From Callorhinchus milii (lineage: Eukaryota): DNA of 64,000 nt. The notes beneath the pieces were generated by a model. The model saw only the letters and a list, made by a program, of their open reading frames with translations, made no database searches and was not told the DNA's origin. Location: positions 15,316,001-15,380,000 of the forward strand of contig NW_024704743.1 in assembly GCF_018977255.1 (NCBI RefSeq), read 5' to 3'. Shown here piece by piece: positions 13,340-25,146 of this stretch (its first letter is position 1; each line of letters begins with the position of its first letter). The translations under genes were made by a program, and so were the position numbers.

Positions 13340-15140
13340 CAACAACAGCAGCAGCAAGATTACATCTGTATAGTGCCTTTCACGTCGGGAGGACGTCCCA
13401 AGGCGCTGGACAGAGTACAGCATTTCAGGCCCGAGCTGGGGTCAGAGGGGGGAAAGAGAGGGGAGGGGAAGGGCGGTGGCGGATGGGATGGTCGAAGAGG
13501 AGGGTCTTGAGGTGGGAATTGAATGAGGCTAAGGAGGGGGAGTGGCGGACTGACTGGGGGATGGAATTCCAGAGGTTGGGGGCAGAGTGGCTGAAGGCTC
13601 TCCCGCCAATGGTGGGGCGGGTGGGGCGAGACCATGAAGGGCTTTGTATGTGAGGACCAGGATCTTGAACTGGATCCTCTGAAGGATAGGGAGCCAATGG
13701 AGTCAGGCGAGAGTGGGGGAGATGGGGTCACGGAGTTTGGTGCGGGAGAGGACACGGGCTGCAGAGTTCTGGATTATCTGCAGCCTGTGGAGGGAGGAGT
13801 TGGGAAGGCCGACAAGCAGGGCGTTTGCATAGTCGAGCCTGGAGGTGATGAAGGCATGATCAAGAGTTTCAGCGGCTGAGAGGTGAGGTAGTGGCGGAGT
13901 CAGGCGATGTTATGGAGGTGAGGGAAGGCAGAGCAGGTCATGGCTTGGATGTGGGGGGAGAAAAGACAATTGAGGGTCTAACGAGACACCGAGGCTCCTG
14001 ACTGACTTAGTGAGTTGAAGTGTGCAGCCATGGAGGTTGATGCTGCCAGAGCCTGAGGTGCTGAGGCGCTGGTGTGAGCCAATCAGGAGGGCCTCAGTCT
14101 TGTTCACATTCAACTGTAGGAAATTTGCTCTCATCCACGACTTGATGTCTGACAGACAGTCTGTCAGGACACAGTGGTCCTGGAGTTGAGGGTGGAGGCA
14201 GAAAGATAGAGTTGGGTGTCATCCGCATACATATGGAAGTTGACCCCATGTCTGCGGATGATTTCACTAAGGGGGAGCATGTAGATATTAAAGAGGAGAG
14301 GGCCAAGGACAGAGCCCTGGGGATGCCAGATGTGACAGTGCGGGGACTGGAGAAGAAACCGTTAGAGGCAACAAACGAGACGGTGAGAGAGATAGGAATC
14401 GAACCAGGCAAGGGCAGGTCCGTGAAGATTGAGCAAAGAGGAAAGGCGGTGTATAAGGATGGAGTGGTCGACAGTGTCGAAGGGGTCAGAGAGGACAAGG
14501 AGGCAGAGGGAGTCCTGATCATTAGAGATGTTTTTGAATGTCATTAGTGACTTTGACCAGGGCTGTTTCCGTGCTGTGGGCAGCGCAGAAATCGGATTGG
14601 AGGAGTTCAAAGAGGGAATGGCGAGAGAGAAAGGAGAGGAGCTGGGACACGACGACTCGTTCCAGGACCTTGGAGAGGAATGGGAGGTTAGAAATGGGGC
14701 GGTAGCTGGAGAAGGAGGGATGGGTCCAGGGAAGGTTTTTTTTGAGATGGGGGTGATGACGGCTGTTTTTAGGGGGGTGGGAACTGAAGCGGTTGACGAG
14801 GAGAGGTGCCAGAAGGTGGAGCTCGGAGAGAGGTGGGGATGGGATCGAGGGAGCAGGTGGTGGGTTTGAGTTTACGGACAGTCGTGGTGAGGGAGGAGGG
14901 AGAGATAGGGTTGAAGGAGTATGGAGGGGATGGGTGGGGGGTGGGCCATGAGGGAGAGGTGATGTGGGGGTGGCTGTGGACGGGGCTGAGGTGGCTGAAC
15001 GTATCCCCTCGGTTTTAGATTCGAGGAAGTCCAGCATCTCCTCACAGTTGGAGTTTGAGGAGAGGATGGGCGAAGTATGGGAAGGTGGACGGAGAAGACG
15101 GTTAGTGGTGGAAAAGAGAAGCCTGGGGTTGTCCTTTGTA
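13340..15140 (-). mobile_element. 5'-truncated L2 LINE with frameshifted RT
   Basis: Minus-strand peptides [45 protein letters not shown]; hairpin tail and (TTG/CTG)n end at ~13340. Confidence 0.92.
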
Positions 15141-15339
15141 ATTTAACAACCGTAATTTTCTTTTTAAAATTGGAATAACATTAAAGCTTTACTGTATGAC
15201 ATTAATATCCTCATAAAGTGACATTGATATCTACAAATCCATTATCTTATCGTTAGCCTTTACTGTTCCTTTTGGTAGAAGAACTATGAAACCACTCATT
15301 TCTTGTTCATACGGTCAAACTTGCATAATCGGACTCCTT

Positions 15340-15643
15340 AATCCACTATCTATTCCCTCCACTTAACTGGGTCTGACTTCCTTCTTGTCTTTCGTGTTCT
15401 CAGTTCCACCATGGGTGACCGTGCTTTCAGCCACTTTGCCCCCAAATTCTGGAACACTCTCCCTCAATCCCTCCACCTTGCTCCCTCCTTCCCCGTCTTC
15501 AGGTCGAGCCTGAAGACCTTCCTCTTCAACTGTGCTTATGGTCACTTTCCCACACTTCCTGGCTCAGGGTCAGACTCCGCCACTGCCAAGCTCTCTTGGG
15601 CGCTGTCCTGCATGAAATGCGCTATATGAACGCAGGTTGTTGT
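15340..15643 (+). mobile_element. L2 3' fragment
   Basis: GDRAFSHFAPKFWNTLP...FRSSLKTFLF motif plus tail ending gcgctatatgaacgcaggttgttgt. Confidence 0.8.
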
Positions 15644-16529
15644 AATCTTTATAAATGCCTAAGACGTACATTTACCTGCGTCCCATTTAGTTTCCTTTCA
15701 AAACCACTTTTGATTTCTTTACACTACTCCTCTTAATCACCTCCTAACTCGTAACGTTGCTCCCCTCCCCTCATTACTCCCATGCTTACTTGGTTCTTGA
15801 ATCGTGGGAAATGATGTCCTTACCAGTCGGAACATGCGCACTTACCGGTCGGTCAGCCACATTGAATTGTGGGAAACATAGTCTTCATCTGTCGACGCAT
15901 GCGCGGAAGAACTGCTATTCCCACTACGATTCCAATGTTTGCTAGTAAATGCTCATGTGATGGGTCAAAACATGTTGAATCGCAGGTGATGTGGTCTTAG
16001 CCTGTCACTGCATTAAAACTGACTGCGTTGAATTACACATGGGCAGTGTAAATCATTGATTAAATAGGATTTTCTACGACTTCAGCCTGCAACTTCGCGT
16101 AAGTCATATTAAATGTTATGGTCCTGACTGATACAATTTATGTGAGTTTTACTGTAGTTAAAATTGAGCCAATTTAGTGAAAAGGGTCAATATAGGATGT
16201 GATGTAAACATTATAAATTTAATGGAACTGAATGAATCAAAATCTCACACAGTCTTACCACAATTATTCTTGATGTATTCAAGGCTCTGCAAATGCATCA
16301 TCCTCTTCCATTATTCTTCCCCAATGTTTTTCTATGCCTCAATTTCTGTTACCTTGTAAATTTAGACTTAAATAAATTGTTTTTGTTTTATGTTAAGTGG
16401 CAGGGGCTGAAGGTAGATTTCTTCCAATTCATGCTTTTAAAATGCTTAATCTTTATAAGTTGAGAATTTAGCTGTAGTATACAGGTTAATAAAATGTGTG
16501 ACTTTGTATATGTAACTTTTTTCCTCTAG

Positions 16530-16623
16530 CAATTGTATCCAACAGCTACAATACCAGAGGCTCAACAGTGGTTGCTTAAGAATAGATTCTCAGCATACTC
16601 GAGACTTTTTTCAAATTTCTCAG
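16530..16623 (+). CDS. UBP1: UBP1 coding exon (SAM-like domain start)
   Basis: ctctag|CAA...G|gtactg; [31 protein letters not shown](G); phase 0-1. Confidence 0.94.
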
Positions 16624-17024
16624 GTACTGATTGTGATTCCTTTTTGTTCTATAATGTGATTTATTTTAGTGTGTAATTACCTTTCTCAATGGGTGGGGTG
16701 CGGTGGGGGAAGAAAACCTGAGTTGGCATCGTCCCTGAATTGGCCCTGTGGGGAGTTATTGCTGAGCAAAAAGGGACCGAGAGATTTGCCTGCCCACTCA
16801 GCTATACGGTTTGTATGGCAGGAGATAGTGAGGAGAGAGAAGAATTTTAAAGCAGGTGCAGATGCCGTTGCACTGAATGACAATTTGGAAGTAATGTTTG
16901 CTGATTGTGCAGATGTGATTCTTTTGAGCATCTTAAACCAAATATATTGCTTATCTTCTGTTAGTTCCCATAGAAGCTTCATAACTAATTGGATATTTAT
17001 GATTGATTCTTTCTGAATTCTCAG

Positions 17025-17115
17025 GTTCTGATTTACTAAAGTTGACAAGGGATGATTTGGTACAGATCTGTGGCTCAGCTGATGGGATTAGACTGTTCAA
17101 TGCACTTAAAGCAAG
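17025..17115 (+). CDS. UBP1: UBP1 coding exon (SAM-like domain)
   Basis: tctcag|GT...AG|gtacat; (G)[29 protein letters not shown](R); phase 1-2. Confidence 0.94.
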
Positions 17116-17976
17116 GTACATTTACACAAACTAATTTGTTACTTGCTTTCTGTTTATAAGGGATTTGATTTATGGGTTTAAGTAATCTGGCTGGCTGGAT
17201 GGATGGTTGTTGGACACTGAATAAATATTAAGGCAGCAGTCTGGGGTGTATATGCTGTGTACACCTGTGAATTTTAGTTGATAATGTTCCACAATAAAAT
17301 CTGAGTCGCTAAAATGCTATTTCTCTGTAGTATTGGGAAAAAGTATGGTTATGGTGATCGGGTTAATGGATAGATTTTCAATGTGCGTATTTAGCTTTGA
17401 AGAACCAGTGATTAGTTTATGCACTTGCAGAGGGTGGAAATCTACAACAAAACTATATTAAAGGACGGGTTTTCTTCTATTGGGATGTGGGTCCCAACAT
17501 TTAATGACTCCAAAACAAAATCTAAAATATGGTCTTCGGCTTTTCAATTGACTGGTTGACTTGTGAGAGACCAAAATGTCCGACTTCTGGTCACCAGGTC
17601 ACCGCTGATGTCACTTCTGGGAGGCCGTAGAGGAAATGATGTTAGCAATCTGATGATCCAGAAATTGGCAATTTGGTCTTGTTGAATGCTGGCCAGCAAT
17701 GCTGCGCACCCACCGCGTGGCGGTGTCATTGTGGGTGCGCAGACGGTGAATGTACAGCCTCACTGATTGGAGAAGCTCATGTCTTATAAACTGGTTGGGA
17801 TTTTGTAGACCACTCCCCCCAACTACCCTGTTGTGGAACTCAACTGTAACTTATGCTTTAACATGACTTACAACTTTGGAGCACCAACATGTGGTCCAAT
17901 AGACTGCAGAGATACAGTGTGTGCAGTATTGTCTTGACTTGTTGTGGTAATGCTGCTTTATTTAAATCTAATGTAG

Positions 17977-18098
17977 GTCTATTAGACCACGGTTAACCAT
18001 CTATGTCTGCCAAGAATCTCAACGTATGAGAAGTGTTTTGCATTTGGAGAGACCACAAGATGATGAAAATGGAGAGAGCAACAACCGTGCAATATATG
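17977..18098 (+). CDS. UBP1: UBP1 coding exon
   Basis: atgtag|G TCT...G|gtatgt; (R)SIRPRLTIYVCQESQRMRSVLHLERPQDDENGESNNRAIY; phase 2-1. Confidence 0.92.
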
Positions 18099-18241
18099 GT
18101 ATGTATATTTGTTTATATTTGTTTTGGGGTTCAAGCTCTGCCACTGTTAACACTCTGAGATGCTACCCCTCGTGAAGGGTGCTATTTAAGTTGATTTTTA
18201 CCCTTTCTAAAAACCTTTCTTATGTTCCTCAAACTGTTCAG

Positions 18242-18384
18242 TGTATCACGCTATCTACCTGGAAGAGCTGACAGCAGCAGAACTTACTAAAAAGATCGCC
18301 AGCATCTTTAGTATATCCCCAAATCAGATAAGCCAAGTTTACAGACAGGGACCTACAGGCATTCATGTCCTGGTCAGTGATCAG
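18242..18384 (+). CDS. UBP1: UBP1 coding exon (C-terminal ubiquitin-like region)
   Basis: gttcag|TG TAT...CAG|gtaagt; (V)YHAIYLEELTAAELTKKIASIFSISPNQISQVYRQGPTGIHVLVSDQ; phase 1-0. Confidence 0.95.
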
Positions 18385-19165
18385 GTAAGTAAGTCTGTGA
18401 AATCCAGTGATTCGTGCTGGGTGTGGGGTGGTGGGGGGTGTGGGGAGAGAAGAGTATTGAGGCAGCAAGTCTCTTGTTGACTCATTTGCAGTGAATGTGA
18501 TTTGCGGAATCTCGTGTGGATTTGTTGGATGGAATGGTTCCTGGCACAGTGCTGCAATACTAGCTTAAATTTTATCCAAGGATATATATATATAAAGATA
18601 TACAGTAAACTCCTGATAACAAGAAAGTAGCTTAACTTGTCACTACCACTTAAGTAGCCATGCTGTCAATATCCCAGCTGCTTCCCATGCAAAATGTTAA
18701 TTAGGGATTTGTCACTCTGTTTAACATGTAACTAGTTGCATTCTAGACTTCTAGACTTAGTTCGGATACCTCGTCGTATAAGATAGTGTCTTGTACTGCA
18801 GAGGTCTGACACCCTATCCTGTAACTCGTGTCATCAGACTGGGAAAATGTTACCAGTGAAGTTCCACAAGGGTCTGATTTGGGATCTTGTTTAATATTTT
18901 CATAGATGATCTGGAGCTCGGAGTCTCAAGCACAATGCAGATGACACCAAGCTAATGATGGTTGTAGATTGTGAAGCTGAACAAGAGATAGGTTACAGGT
19001 GGATTGAACATTCTTGGGAATTGGGTGGACCAGTGGCAGATGAAATTCAATGTGGAGAAATGTAAAGTACTTCACATGGGGACAAAAAATCCAGGAAGGA
19101 ACTATTATTTGAACAGAAGGGAAATAATACGTATGGAAAATGTTAAGGACCTTGGTTTGATTGAC

Positions 19166-19461
19166 AATAATAATAATAATCCTTGCATTTGATATAGCGC
19201 TTTTCACGTCAGGAGGACGTCCCAAAGCGCTTCACAGAAGACACTGTAAAGTGAATTGACTGTATATTTGTGGGCAAACGCGGCAGCCAATTGCGCACAG
19301 CAGTGTCCCACAAACAGTCATAGATTGAAAATTACCAATTTATTTTTGTTTTGGAGGGATTATTATTAGGTGTGTGGAGTAAGGAAACTTGCCCAAGGTT
19401 TCGCCCTGCCTGGAATTGAACTCAGGTCTCTCGCTTTCAAAGCGAGTGCTTTAACCACTGA
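19166..19461 (-). mobile_element. tRNA-derived SINE, short subfamily
   Basis: tRNA-like head (B box gagttcaattcc), body ctgtttgtgggacactgctgtgcgcaattggctgcc, L2-like hairpin tail, (TTA)n. Confidence 0.9.
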
Positions 19462-19698
19462 ATTGAAGCTCTCACTACAATGCTCTGTGGCAGTGAATAA
19501 AGCGAAATAGTAGGGCAATCCTGCCACTGTATAAATCATTGATGAAACTGTACTTAGACTACTGTACAGTTCTGGTCCCTGTAGTACAAAACGGATATGG
19601 GAGTAATCGAGAGGATACAGGGGAGAGCAAACACAATGATGGAGAGACTGGACTATGAGGAGCGACTAAGTAAATTAGAGATTGAGAGGCAATACGAT

Positions 19699-20007
19699 TA
19701 ATAATAATAATAATAATCCTTGCATTTGATATAGCGCTTTTCACGTCGGGAGGACGTCCCAAAGCGCTTCACAGAACACTGTAAAGTGAATTGACTGTAT
19801 ATTTGTGGGCGAACGCGGCAGCCAATTGCGCACAGCAATGTCCCACAAACAGTCGTAGATAGAAAATGACCAATTTATTATTGTTTTTGTTTTTGGAGGG
19901 ATTATTATTAGGCGTGTGGAGTAAGGAAACTTGGCCAAGGTTTCGCCCTGACCTGCCTGGGATTGAACTCAGGTCTCTCGCTTGCAAAGCGAGTGCTCTA
20001 ACCACTG
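19699..20007 (-). mobile_element. tRNA-derived SINE, short subfamily
   Basis: Near-identical to 19166-19461 and 44803-45126. Confidence 0.9.
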
Positions 20008-21000
20008 TCTTTAAGATGCTAAAGAAGCTAGACAATGTAGATCACATTGTTTCAACTAGCCCTGAATAATAAAACCAGAGGAGACAGCCTGCGGTTGAAG
20101 GTGGATAATCTATGGAAACAGTATTTCAGTGAGCGAATAGTAAACCTGTGAAACAGATTCCCTAGGGAGACTGTTGAAGCAAGAAATGTTGATTGGTTCA
20201 AACACAGATTCGTTTTCTTTTAGGAAATAGCCTTATGGGATATAGTACATAGGTAGTTTGGGACACATGTGCACACGAGCACCAGGAAGGTGAACTAGAT
20301 GGATCTTGGTCTTTTTTTCATTGATAGTTCTTACGTTGTGTGGGCGTTCAGCAGTGTTTGGGCCCAAGTAGTTAGCTGCGTTGCAGAGGCCTCTTGTCTA
20401 CTGTGCCACTTCCTGCCCTATCTTATGAAAGGTGGCCACAGGACAGCCCTCCAAATAGACCAGAAACATCTGTAATGTATCTGAGTGCCCAACCTCTGCC
20501 ATGCAATCTGCACTGGACCCAGAGGCCCAGGAGGCCTATACCTAGCTCGCCACACTGGGTAACTCATCGCTTGAGCTCTTTTCACTTCAGAGTGATGAAT
20601 TATCCGGAGTTTACTGTTATTTCTTTTGAATCAGAATACCAATATGAAACTGGAAAAGTTCCTTTAAAAGTTTTATAACTGTTTTCTAACAGCAACATTA
20701 TGAAGGGCAAGATAACTTGACTAGATGATAGGGTACAATTTGCTCTGCCCTACCTCAATGACCTGTCTTCTCGTTCCAGTATCTAGTCAAAGGTTGGGAT
20801 TAACTAGAAAACAATAAAAGCTTACTCTGCTTCTATGCATTGTCCAGGTGTGCCTGTTGTGAAAGTATTTTTTAAAAAAGTACCTGTCCCAAAACTATCA
20901 TCCATTCATTTGGACAAGCATTTACACCAAACGAGTCAGTGTTTTAAGTATTTAAATAAATGTTACTCGCACTTTCTGGAAATGGTTTATTGTCTTGCAG

Positions 21001-21052
21001 ATGGTTCAAAATCTCCAAGATGAAAGTTGTTTTATAATCAGCACTGTGAAAG
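21001..21052 (+). CDS. UBP1: UBP1 penultimate coding exon
   Basis: ttgcag|ATG...G|gtaatg; MVQNLQDESCFIISTVK; phase 0-1. Confidence 0.93.
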
Positions 21053-21135
21053 GTAATGTATATTTCCCTTCAACTACATGTTTCTGCTTTAAACCAAATT
21101 GACAGCACAGAACATTTTGTTTCTTTTTGTTGCAG

Positions 21136-21173
21136 CTGAAAATGGTGAAGGCCACCACGTGATACTGAAGTAA
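21136..21173 (+). CDS. UBP1: UBP1 last coding exon with stop
   Basis: ttgcag|CT GAA...AAG TAA; (A)ENGEGHHVILK*, the family-typical ILK C-terminus. Confidence 0.93.
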
Positions 21174-22551
21174 CCTGTCCAATATAACAATGAATCTAGA
21201 CTATGCTTTTGCGTATTGAAGGTACGTTTATTATGTCAAGAAAAGGACATTAAACAAATCATGTAAATGTTAGAATCTGACTTCACTGTACAAAATGTTT
21301 CATATTGAAAACGCAGCTTGACTGTCGAATTACCTTACTGTGGAGTTAAAACTTCTGGGAATATCACTGCCACCAATCAGCACCCTCCCTGAATAATCTA
21401 AGGCTGCAGCAAGCTCTATGGTAGGCCTGGAAGGCCCAGAAATTATGATTCAAAGTGGTCTTCGTAACTCATGAGAGGAGGAAAAAATGGCCAGTAGATC
21501 TAGTTTTGCACAATAATTGTCTCTTTGTGAAGCACTTATGCTTCATCGTGCCTGTCTTGATTATTGGTTGAGATTGTTAAGGTGTGTTTGCCATGTTATT
21601 TTATATGTTTGCCTTTTACTTCATGTGCCGCCATGCGTTTTACTGCCTATATACCAGTTCTCAACGTGCCCGGTTGGGAGCAGTTTCTGCAAGGTCTCCA
21701 TAGAAGCCTGCTGCATTCTAGGAAGAAAAAAAGCAAAGTTGTATAAATTCAGTTATTTTGTGAAATCAGCACATTTGTTTATTTTAAATTTGCAGCTTGC
21801 ACATGTTTGAACTTTCTTTTCACTCTGTAAGGCCAGAGTAGTTTTTTTTAAAGCAACAGCCCTTAATTGTGGAGTTTGTTCTCATTTCTGCTTTTGAACA
21901 GCTTTTATTTTAAAGCGTTCAATTCTAAATCAAACCTTTTAACTGTAAATAAAGGACTGCTGTGAAAGAAACAGCAGCTGCTCAGTTTTGTTAGCGACTG
22001 AGATTTGCTTTTAGATTAGAGGAAAGAAATGTTCAGCAGTTAAATATTTTATAAATTTGTAAATGTGCATTCAAATATTGCGCTTTTATAAATGGCATCT
22101 AAATGTAGTTTGTCCTATAACTTGTTTTTGGATTTGTCATAACTGTGCCTCTGTGACCAAATCTCACTGCACTGATATGTGAACAAAATCAATATTGTTC
22201 ACTTACCCTTCAATGGGTTTTAAGGGATTGTAATTTTCATTTGACAATCAATGTTTTTTTTGTCGGGTCCTGCACAAGTCAATATTTTTCACCATGGAAA
22301 AGACTTCTTAGTGTAGATGTCAACTTTAACCTGGCCTTCCGAATTGCTTGAAAATAAAACAGGAGACAAAGAAGCTCCTGGCATGGAATTTCAGATTGCA
22401 ATGTAGGTACACTGGTGCAAAACAGCCATAGGTAATGTCCAAATAGTATTATGTTTTACTTAATTTGTGATTAGAATAAGCACCAGCAACTTTTGTTACA
22501 CCGGCTTTAAGATCTTATTATGGTATGTACAAGCATTCACATTACCTCTGT

Positions 22552-22557
22552 AATAAA
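22552..22557 (+). terminator. Candidate UBP1 polyadenylation signal
   Basis: AATAAA with upstream TGTA elements and T/GT-rich downstream sequence; alternatives at 21948 and 22353. Confidence 0.45.
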
Positions 22558-23816
22558 GTTTTCAAATCATTTTTGTAAATGTCTCTTTAACTGTGTAAAG
22601 TGTTAAATTTACTTACATTTAAACCTCAAATGACACAATATGATAGTGTTGCAGAACAATGGCGTCGTGATAGGATTTCACCTTTACATTTCTTGTTCAG
22701 TTAGCTTGCACATGGGTTAAGGGCCAATAGGATACAGTACTTATAGCCTTGGTTTGTCTGCAGTTCTGATTAAGTTATGTCCCTAAACTCACATTTAGTG
22801 CAGTATTGGATTGTATGATTCAATATTTCATTATGTAGCACATTTCGCACTGAATTGTCAAGAGAATGTTCAACTATTCTCCTGTTAATTAGCTGAGTGT
22901 GTTTGCTTTTTGTGTAGTTGACATTTACATAATTCACTGTCCATCTCCTCAGAGCAGTCTGGCTAGACTGACTGATGTACGCTGTTCCAGGAAGTAATTT
23001 TTATGATGCTTGTTCACTGTTCGTAGGTAAATAGGAATTGCTCTTGATGATTTACACTAAATGACTCCTTCGGTCTCATGTTAGGACTGTATAAAGATTG
23101 AGTGTCCCAATTGCTAACTTTAGGTAATGCTTGCTTGGTAGTTTTTCTTTATTGCCCACAAAATATAGTCACAACACTTTACAGTATAAATTCTGTTACA
23201 TCTCTAGGATATGATAAAAGTGCTGTCTAAAAAGCAAGTATTGTATGTTCATTATTCAGATGGAGATATTAAATTGATGCCAGTTCATGTGAATGTTAAA
23301 AATCCCCTGGCACTATTTGAAAAAAGGATGTTTATCTTGGTATCCTGCCCAAATTTGTCATGGCTATTTATAGAATATTACTGTGCTCAAATTGTCTAAT
23401 GCATTCACCTACACCCTTCACTGTAAATCCTTTGAAATGTCCTGTGAAATAAGTTATATCACAATGTAAGAATACTTAGAGGTTACCAGTGAATGATCAC
23501 AATTTAAAATGAAGAATGCATCTTTTGTGTGTGATTTTACACACAAAACAGTAAATGCAAATACACACATACTGCACTTGCAGATCTATGAAGTGGTTTA
23601 TTAACCTTTGCTAGTTGGATAATGTGATTGGTCCTTTTACAGCTAAGCAAATCATTAAAAATGGATGACCCAGTTGAAGGCCATTTGAAACCCATTTTTT
23701 CATGTCAGTGTTTGCTCCTCTAAAAAGCCCTCCATCACTTTCCCTATACTGTCTCTCCCTTCAAAATCTACCTTAAGACCCATCTCTTTGACTGTGCCTT
23801 TTCAGACACCTTCCCC

Positions 23817-24205
23817 AGTGGTAGCACTCTCGCTTCTGGGTCAGAAAGCTGTAGGTTCATGCCCCATGTTGGCACTTGAACTCACATAGTCTAAGCTGAC
23901 ACTCCAAATGTAATGCTGGGGGACGTGTTGCATTGTTGGAGGTGTCATCCTTCAGATGAGATGTTAAACCAAGATACCTACCCGTATGCCTGTTAAGGTT
24001 GATGTTAAAGATCCTACCGCATTATTTGAAAAGAGAAGGGAATTTCTCCAGGTGTCCTGGCCAACAATCTCCTAAATAAAATTGTCACTCACTTCATAGC
24101 TATTTGTAAAATACAGTTACTCCACTGAACAGTAAATCCTGTGAAGTGCTTTGGGATGTCCTCTGGTCATAAAAGTCACCGAATAACTGTAAGGATTACT
24201 ATTAT
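23817..24205 (+). mobile_element. Older Deu-domain-type SINE (SacSINE1-like)
   Basis: cagtggtagcactctcgcttctgggtcagaa head, then gctgacactcc...gcattgttggaggtgtcatccttcagatgagatgttaaacc central block and gaagtgctttgggatgtcc tail. Confidence 0.65.
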
Positions 24206-24209
24206 TCAG

Positions 24210-24540
24210 TCAGATCCGAGCTGCCTGTTAGAAAATCATACTGTGTGTTCCTTATCAATGCCATCTTTTCTAAATGTTTTGACATAATCACATCCCAGAT
24301 TATGATCTCAAACAGCTTCTTTACAACTGACATGAGACTCAGTGGTTCCAGTTCACTAATTCATCCTTTTACCTTGCGTTTAAAAAAAACTTTTGCCACT
24401 CAGCAGACCTCTGGGACAACCCCTGTAGCTACAGACTTTTTGAAAATGATAAGCCAAGCCTTTATTATTTCATCTCAGGTGCACCCCATTGGGACCTGGA
24501 GATTTATCTGCTTCAGGCTGCATAAACCCTGACACCCTGT
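24210..24540 (-). mobile_element. Decayed CR1 RT fragment
   Basis: Minus strand KSPGPNGVH motif (aaatctccaggtcccaatggggtgcac) and GVVP-like codons. Confidence 0.55.
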
Positions 24541-25140
24541 CAGGCTGACACTCTTTTTACCTCTACATGTCCTATCTGTTTCTCGATATTCCAACATTAT
24601 CTGCCTCTAAATAATGGTTTATATGGTCTAATAAAATGGTTTATCTCTGAATTTCTTTTTCTTTCCTAACCCTATAATACCCTGTAAAACAGACTGCTAA
24701 ATAAACCCTGAGGTTTGCATTGTTGGTGCAGTCACACTGCAGGACAATTTTGCCATAATTTTCTTGTACTTTTTACTGGAATCCTTTTTTGATACGTTCT
24801 TGGCAATGCAATTTTTGAACCTGAAAGTTGCCCAAAAATTCGAAAAACAATTTTGCCTCTCTCTGGCCAAGCTGGAATAACATTGAAGTCCTGTGAAGTG
24901 CTTTGAGAAGTTTCAGCAACATAATTAGGTACTCGTATCAAATGCAAGGATTATCCTCTATTGTAATTATGAAAGAAGTCTTCCTTTAAATGAAAAATAA
25001 GCACGTTTAAACCATTCATTGCTGTCCATGCAAACCTTTTAGTTTCTTCTGTTCTCCAGTTGTCCAGTTTAGACCTCTAGTTACAAAGAGAATAAATCAA
25101 AAGAAGTTAGTTAATTTCAGGATGTACACAGATGTATACC

Positions 25141-25146
25141 TTTAAT
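25141..25146 (-). terminator. Candidate FBXL2 polyadenylation signal (ATTAAA)
   Basis: Minus strand reads tgtacaATTAAAggtatacatctgtgtaca followed by a U-rich tract cttcttttgatttattctctttgt; AATAAA alternatives at 25903 and 26003. Confidence 0.4.

Larger units (their letters stand above)
18816..20335 (+). mobile_element. Decayed CR1 LINE carrying two nested SINEs
   Basis: VPQGS, ADDTKL and WQMKFNVEKCKVLHMG motifs; interrupted at 19166-19461 and 19699-20007. Confidence 0.82.

Noticed and set aside
17708..17727. CTCF-like CCACCGCGTGGCGG in a UBP1 intron
   Set aside because: Mismatched core positions; indistinguishable from chance without ChIP data
172..21173. TFCP2 or TFCP2L1 as the identity of the + strand gene
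   Set aside because: The MRLEPIIED cassette exon, [10 protein letters not shown] and adjacency to FBXL2 all point to UBP1
21216..21230. Possible splice donor (GAAG|gtacgt) 48 nt after the UBP1 stop
   Set aside because: No supportable downstream acceptor or exon; motif alone is insufficient
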